The notes under the pieces were generated by a model, which had not been told where the DNA came from, ran no database searches, and was given only the letters and a program-made list of their open reading frames with translations. Below are positions 58,192 through 64,000 of a stretch of DNA of 64,000 bases, in pieces. Where the stretch lies: contig OX597823.1 in NCBI GenBank assembly GCA_951406725.2, forward strand, positions 90,706,001 to 90,770,000, written 5' to 3'. Each line of letters begins with the position of its first letter. The first letter of the stretch is position 1. A program made the translations under genes and the position numbers. Source of the stretch: Octopus vulgaris (Eukaryota).

Positions 58192-58679
58192 ATCAGTCCA
58201 GATATGCCTGAGGCACATTTGAACCAGTGAACAAGCTACTCATTGCGTTTTGTAATGGAAAATAAATCCCATTTGGTGATAAATGTTGTGTACAAATAAG
58301 GCGGTGAGCTGGCAGAAACGTTAGCATGCCGGGCGAAATGCGTAGCCGTATTCCATCTGTCGTTACGTTCCGAGTTCAAATTCCGCCGAGGTCAACTTTG
58401 CCTTTCATCCTTTTGGGATTGATAAATTAAGTACCAGTTATGCACTGGGGTCGATGTAATCGACTTAATCCCTTTGTCTGCCCTTGTTTGTCCCCTCTGT
58501 GTTTAGCCCCGTGTGGGTAGTAAAAAAAAATGTTGTGTACAAACAAATTTGTTGACAAATGGTGTACACACCATTTGTACACACCATTTGTCAACAAACA
58601 GGATATATTTTCCATGATAAAACGCAGTGAATAGCTTGTTCACTGGTTCAAATGGGCCTCAAGCATATTCGGAGTGATA
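58192..58679. mobile_element. Foldback/MITE element with ~100-bp imperfect arms, interrupted by a SINE
   Basis: atatgcctgaggcacatttgaaccagtgaacaagcta / tagcttgttcactggttcaaatgggcctcaagcatat. Confidence 0.8.
58300..58527 (+). mobile_element. Family D SINE monomer with 16-bp TSD
   Basis: TSD aaatgttgtgtacaaa at 58281-58296 and 58528-58543. Confidence 0.92.
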
Positions 58680-59183
58680 CTAACATTACAGTAATATAAC
58701 AGGTGATGCATTTACTGTAATGCCAATAATCACAATGAATTTACCAAACACACCTGTATGTATTGAAGCCTTTCAGTCTCTCTGTTGTGGAGGTCATGGA
58801 TGTCGTTTCTCCAATGTTTTCAACTCTGGGTTTTCGTTTCCACCTCTTAAGGTCTGGTGGGTTTCCTGTAGTCATCAATGTCTCTGTAACTTCTCTTTTT
58901 CTAGATAGGGCTTTCGGCCCTATGCAAACCCATTTTTATCTCTAGGATGAAGGCACAAGGCTTAATGGTTGGGGTATTTAGTTCATGGTTGTAAGGTTGT
59001 AGGTTTGATTCCTGGCCATGTGTTGTGTCCTTGAGCAAGATACTTCATTCCACATTGCTCCAGTCCACTCGGCTGGTGAAAATGAGTGGTATCCGTAATT
59101 CAAAGGACCAGCCTTGTCACATCTTGGGTCATGCTGAATCTCCCTGAGAACTACATTAAGGGTGTGTCTTGAAAGGAGCTTGT

Positions 59184-59222
<39 letters not shown>

Positions 59223-60360
59223 GTGTTTATAAACACACATACATACCATCCATCCATCCATACATCCATACATACATATCATCACCATCATCATCATTTA
59301 ATATCTTTTTGCCATGCTAGTTTGGTGGTTAAATTGAAAACTTGTAAGCCAGGGAGCTGCACCAGGTTCTAGTCTGATTTGGTACGGTTTCTACAGCTGG
59401 ATGTCCTTCCTAACACCAACCACTCCAGGAGTGTAGTGGCTGCCTTTCATGTGCCACCGGCATGGGTGCCAGTTATATAACACCAACATCAGTCACAACT
59501 GTGATCTCACTTGGCCTGACAGGTCTTCTCAAGCACTGTATATCACCAAAGGTCCCGGTCATATGTCACAGCCTCCATAAAAACACATATATAGTTCCTA
59601 CCTCACTAGATACAGATACAATTACATATACCTCACTGACGTGGCCGATGACAGTACCGCCTGACTGGCACTCGTGCCAGTGGAACGTTGAAAGCACATC
59701 TGAGCATGATTGTTGCTAGGGCCGCGGTTTGGCTCCCATGCTGGTGGTACATAAAAAGCACCATTTGAGCATGATCGTTGCAGCATCACTTTACTGGCAT
59801 ATGTGCTGGTGGCACGTGAAAAACGTTACCATTGGCCATCTTTCTTTCTTCCCCTAACTTGTGTTTCTTTCTTTCTCTCTGTTATAGCTGGAACAAGGAA
59901 GACGTGTTCTTGGTTGTCTCCTGCCCAGGCTTGATTTGCATATTCATCACCACAACCTCGTTTAGGCTTAGCATCCCTTCTTGTTTGATTTCAATGTCCT
60001 GTTTGTGTTACCAATTTTGACTGTCGGCAAAAATCCCAAATTTTATTTAATTTGCTTTGTGGGAGCAACTGCTTTATTGAAAGCATATATTGTTGTTAAA
60101 TGCTCGAAATACAAGACTAGAAAAACAGCCAACAACTGATAAAGGATCACTCTTCATATTGTTTATTTTGTTTTCCATTTGTGTCTTTTGTTGTTCGAAA
60201 GAATAGTTCATATTCCATGTACTCTTACTTTGTACATATTTTGTTGTACATGTTTCGTAACGTCCTGTGCCCACATATGCATATATGTATACGTATAGAT
60301 GTAAGCATGTACATATACATATGTATAGATGCATATATATATAAATATATATGTATTATT

Positions 60361-60397
<37 letters not shown>

Positions 60398-60409
60398 TCA
60401 AATAAAAAT

Positions 60410-60658
60410 AAAAACGGAAAATACGCACACTTACATGGTTATGGTATAATTTTAATGTATCAACCGGTTTCGCAATCGCTATTCATGATACAATGAATTT
60501 CATGAATCTCATTATAAACAACATGGACCCATTTTCTTCTTAAGAAAAAATATATTTTCATATAAATTAAACATTGTATCATGAATAGCGATTGCGAAAC
60601 CGGTCGATACATTAAAAATTATACTATAACCATGTAAGTGTACGTATTTTCCGTTTTT
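60410..60658. repeat. About 86-bp inverted repeat, each arm containing a hammerhead motif
   Basis: 60410-60495 versus 60572-60658, with few mismatches. Confidence 0.9.
60575..60611 (+). ncRNA. Minimal type I hammerhead variant with AUGAAUA core (mirror copy at 60456-60492, minus)
   Basis: tgtatc ATGAATA gc-gatt-gc GAAA ccgg TC gataca. Confidence 0.72.
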
Positions 60659-61561
60659 CTTTTTCTTTTTCTTATATACATTACAATCCACTACGTGGGG
60701 ACAACTGAAATTCCTCTTTTCTGTTACTACTATATATATATATATATATATATCCTGCAATCTGCAACCCTCTCCAGCAACCTGCTCCAGCTGAGTAACA
60801 CTAATCTTAAGGGCTCGTAGGTGCTGGTGCCATTGGGCCAAAAATTCTTCAAGGTAGTGCACCAGAATGGCCACAGTCTAATGACTGAAATAAGTCCAAC
60901 CCGTGCTGGCACAGGTTGAATGGTTTGACAGGAGCAGACCAGATGAAAGGCTGTTTCGTCTCCATGTCAGTTTTGACAGGGTTTCTATGGGTGCAACCCT
61001 CTCCAGCTGAGCATCCCTAATCTTGTGGGCTGATAGGTGCTGGTGCCATGTAAAAAGCACCCATACCTGTGCTGTGTAAAAGCACTCAGTACACTCTGTA
61101 AAGTGGTTGGCATTAGGAAGGGCATCCAGCTAATAAAACCATGTTAAAACTGACAGGGAGCCTGAACAGCCCAGGTGGTGGTCAGCTCCTGTCAAACCAT
61201 CCAACCCGTGCCACCATGGGTTGCACTTATTTCAGTCATTAGACTGTGGCCATTCTGGTGCACTGCCTTGAAGAATTTTTTAGCCAAATGAGTCAATGTC
61301 TGTAATTATCTTTTACAAAATTTGCTTTTGGAAGCCTGATTCTTATGTTGTTGCACTCTTTTGGTGAAGATGTGGCAGAAGACACTTTCACAAGGTGCCT
61401 CACAGTAGAATTGAACCTGGGGCCATGCAGCTGGGAAGCAAACTTTCTAACATACAGCCATGCAAGAATCTACACACACACACACATCATTTATACACAT
61501 ATGTATAAAAACATATCGTGTGTGTATATATATATACATATACATATATATATACATATAC

Positions 61562-61658
<97 letters not shown>

Positions 61659-61659
61659 C

Positions 61660-61690
<31 letters not shown>

Positions 61691-61703
61691 CATATACATA
61701 TAC

Positions 61704-61774
<71 letters not shown>

Positions 61775-62079
61775 CATCTACTTCACAAATTACATACACA
61801 CACACATGCACACACACACACATGTATATATACAATAAAAAGAATGTAAAAACCACAAACTAGAGAGCGCCACTCCTTGCTTTTTGATTAATAATTTTGG
61901 TTATTATATATTAATGAAATGAAAGAAATAATAATTAAATGGAAAAGGCAAACAAATATAAAAACAAAGAAAAAAAACAGAAAAAGAGAGAAAAATGAAT
62001 TAAAAGCAAAAACAACAAAATCGTTCTTTCTCTTTTGGTCCATGTCCTCCCTTCCTTCTAGTATAGGCATTGACGTAAT

Positions 62080-62231
62080 CCTCACCATCACCACCACCAC
62101 CATCATCATCATCATCTTCTTCATTATCATCACCATCTTCCACCTCATCATCATCATCGTCATCATCATCATCATCATCATCATCATTATCATCACCATC
62201 ATCTTTTTCTTCCTCGTCTTCTTCTTCTGCC

Positions 62232-62269
<38 letters not shown>

Positions 62270-62413
62270 TTCTTTCTCTTCATCATCACCATCACCATCA
62301 CCACCATCATCAGCAGCAGCAACACCAGCGGCAATACCAGCAGCAGCATCATTGTTGTCGTCATTGTCATCATCACTGCCTTCACCACCACCACCACCAC
62401 CACCACCACCACC

Positions 62414-62445
<32 letters not shown>

Positions 62446-62464
62446 CATCACCATCCTCCTTGTC

Positions 62465-62526
<62 letters not shown>
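62080..62526. repeat. (CAT/CAC/CTT)n trinucleotide array
   Basis: In-phase compound triplet repeat. Confidence 0.9.
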
Positions 62527-62710
62527 TCCAAATAACAGGTGTGATTGCGTTATTACGCAATAAAAGCTGCAAATTCTACTGAATGTAATGGTATTTGTTC
62601 TTATACATACATATGCATACATACACACACTCTCACATATATATGCATATATACGAACACAAACACATACACACTTATACATACACATTTATACATATAT
62701 ATATGCATAC

Positions 62711-62871
<161 letters not shown>

Positions 62872-63609
62872 AAGAGAGAGGGGGAGAAAAAGAAAGTGAG
62901 AGAGAGAGAGAGAAATACATCTATATATATATGTGTGGATCTATACATATATAAATGTATATACATATGTACATACATATGTACATACATACATGCATGC
63001 ATACACACACACACACATACACGGAGATAGTGATAGAGAGAGGGGGCAAGATATAGATATATAGATAAAGACATATAGAGATAGAGACAGACAGACAGAC
63101 AAACAGGTAGATAGATATATAGATAGATAGATAGACCTATATATATATATAAATATGTATCTGTGTAGAAGGGTACATGCAATGTTCTGGGAATGGCTCT
63201 CCCTTCCCTCACCTCTTCAAATAAACCCAAATTTAAAATTGTCAAATACATTGAAAGTTTTTCAATTTCCACAAATAAATGGAAAATGCGAAAGAACCAT
63301 TAACAGCGCGAATTGTTTTTGCTTCAGCAAAGCCACTCAGGTAACACTGTTATGTAAACTTTGAGGCTTCATGATTTTGAAGGATTATTGCAAAGATTTA
63401 ATGGTTCTTATTTTAAATTCTGGTGCTGGCTTTTCAGTGTTGCACTCTTTGACTTTCAAACATTGATTTTGGTTAAAATGATGACTGGGTGTGTAGAATG
63501 AATATGCAGAGTGGTATATCATTGCCAAGTAGGATGGGATGCCATCATCATCATTGTCTGTCTCGGTCTGTGTCTCTATGCATCAGGTGTGTGTGTGTGT
63601 GTATGTGTA

Positions 63610-63732
63610 TATCTATCTGTATGTATTTACGTGTGTATGTATACACATCATCATCATCATCATCGACGTTAAACGTCGATGATGATGATGATGATGTGTA
63701 TACATACACACGTAAATACATACAGATAGATA
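63610..63732. repeat. Perfect palindrome, 61-bp arms, 1-nt spacer
   Basis: Centre catcgacgtt-a-aacgtcgatg. Confidence 0.95.
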
Positions 63733-64000
63733 AATAGATACATTGGTTACTAAGTACATAGATAACCAGGCAGATATTCACACACACACACACACACACA
63801 CACATTCTTTTATTCTTTTACCTGTTTCAGTCATTTGACTGTGGCCATGCTGGAGCACTGCCTTTAGTCGGGCAAATCGACCCCAGGACTTATTCTTTGT
63901 AAGCCTAGTACTTTTTCTATCGGTCTCTTTTGCCAAACCGCTAAGTTACAGGGACTTAAGCACACCAGCATCGGTTGTCAAGCGATGTTGGGGCGGGGAC

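Overview
A repeat-saturated, AT-rich eukaryotic window with no intact host protein-coding gene. It is probably octopus (inference from OR2-like CORE-SINEs, Nin-domain SINEs and extreme (TA)n/(CA)n/(TATC)n density). Almost all ORFs in the track are microsatellite translations. Real coding traces all come from transposons: four 5'-truncated copies of a Tx1/L1-type LINE, each inside a (TATC)n array, two mariner relics (one interrupted by a solo LTR with a 4-bp TSD), and an RTE reverse-transcriptase fragment. Also present are a 5S rRNA retrocopy fused to a SINE tail, a Helitron and several SINE families. Most notable: (1) at least seven minimal type I hammerhead-ribozyme motifs, most with palindromic stem III and several inside long inverted repeats (one a perfect 256-bp foldback), with non-canonical cores including an A3-U8 covariant, consistent with Penelope-like pLTR relics; (2) a (TATC)n-targeting Tx1 LINE whose 3' end appears shared with a multimer-forming SINE; (3) a CpG-decay gradient suggesting methylated gene bodies at both ends. 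All calls were made by eye; no database search or folding was run.
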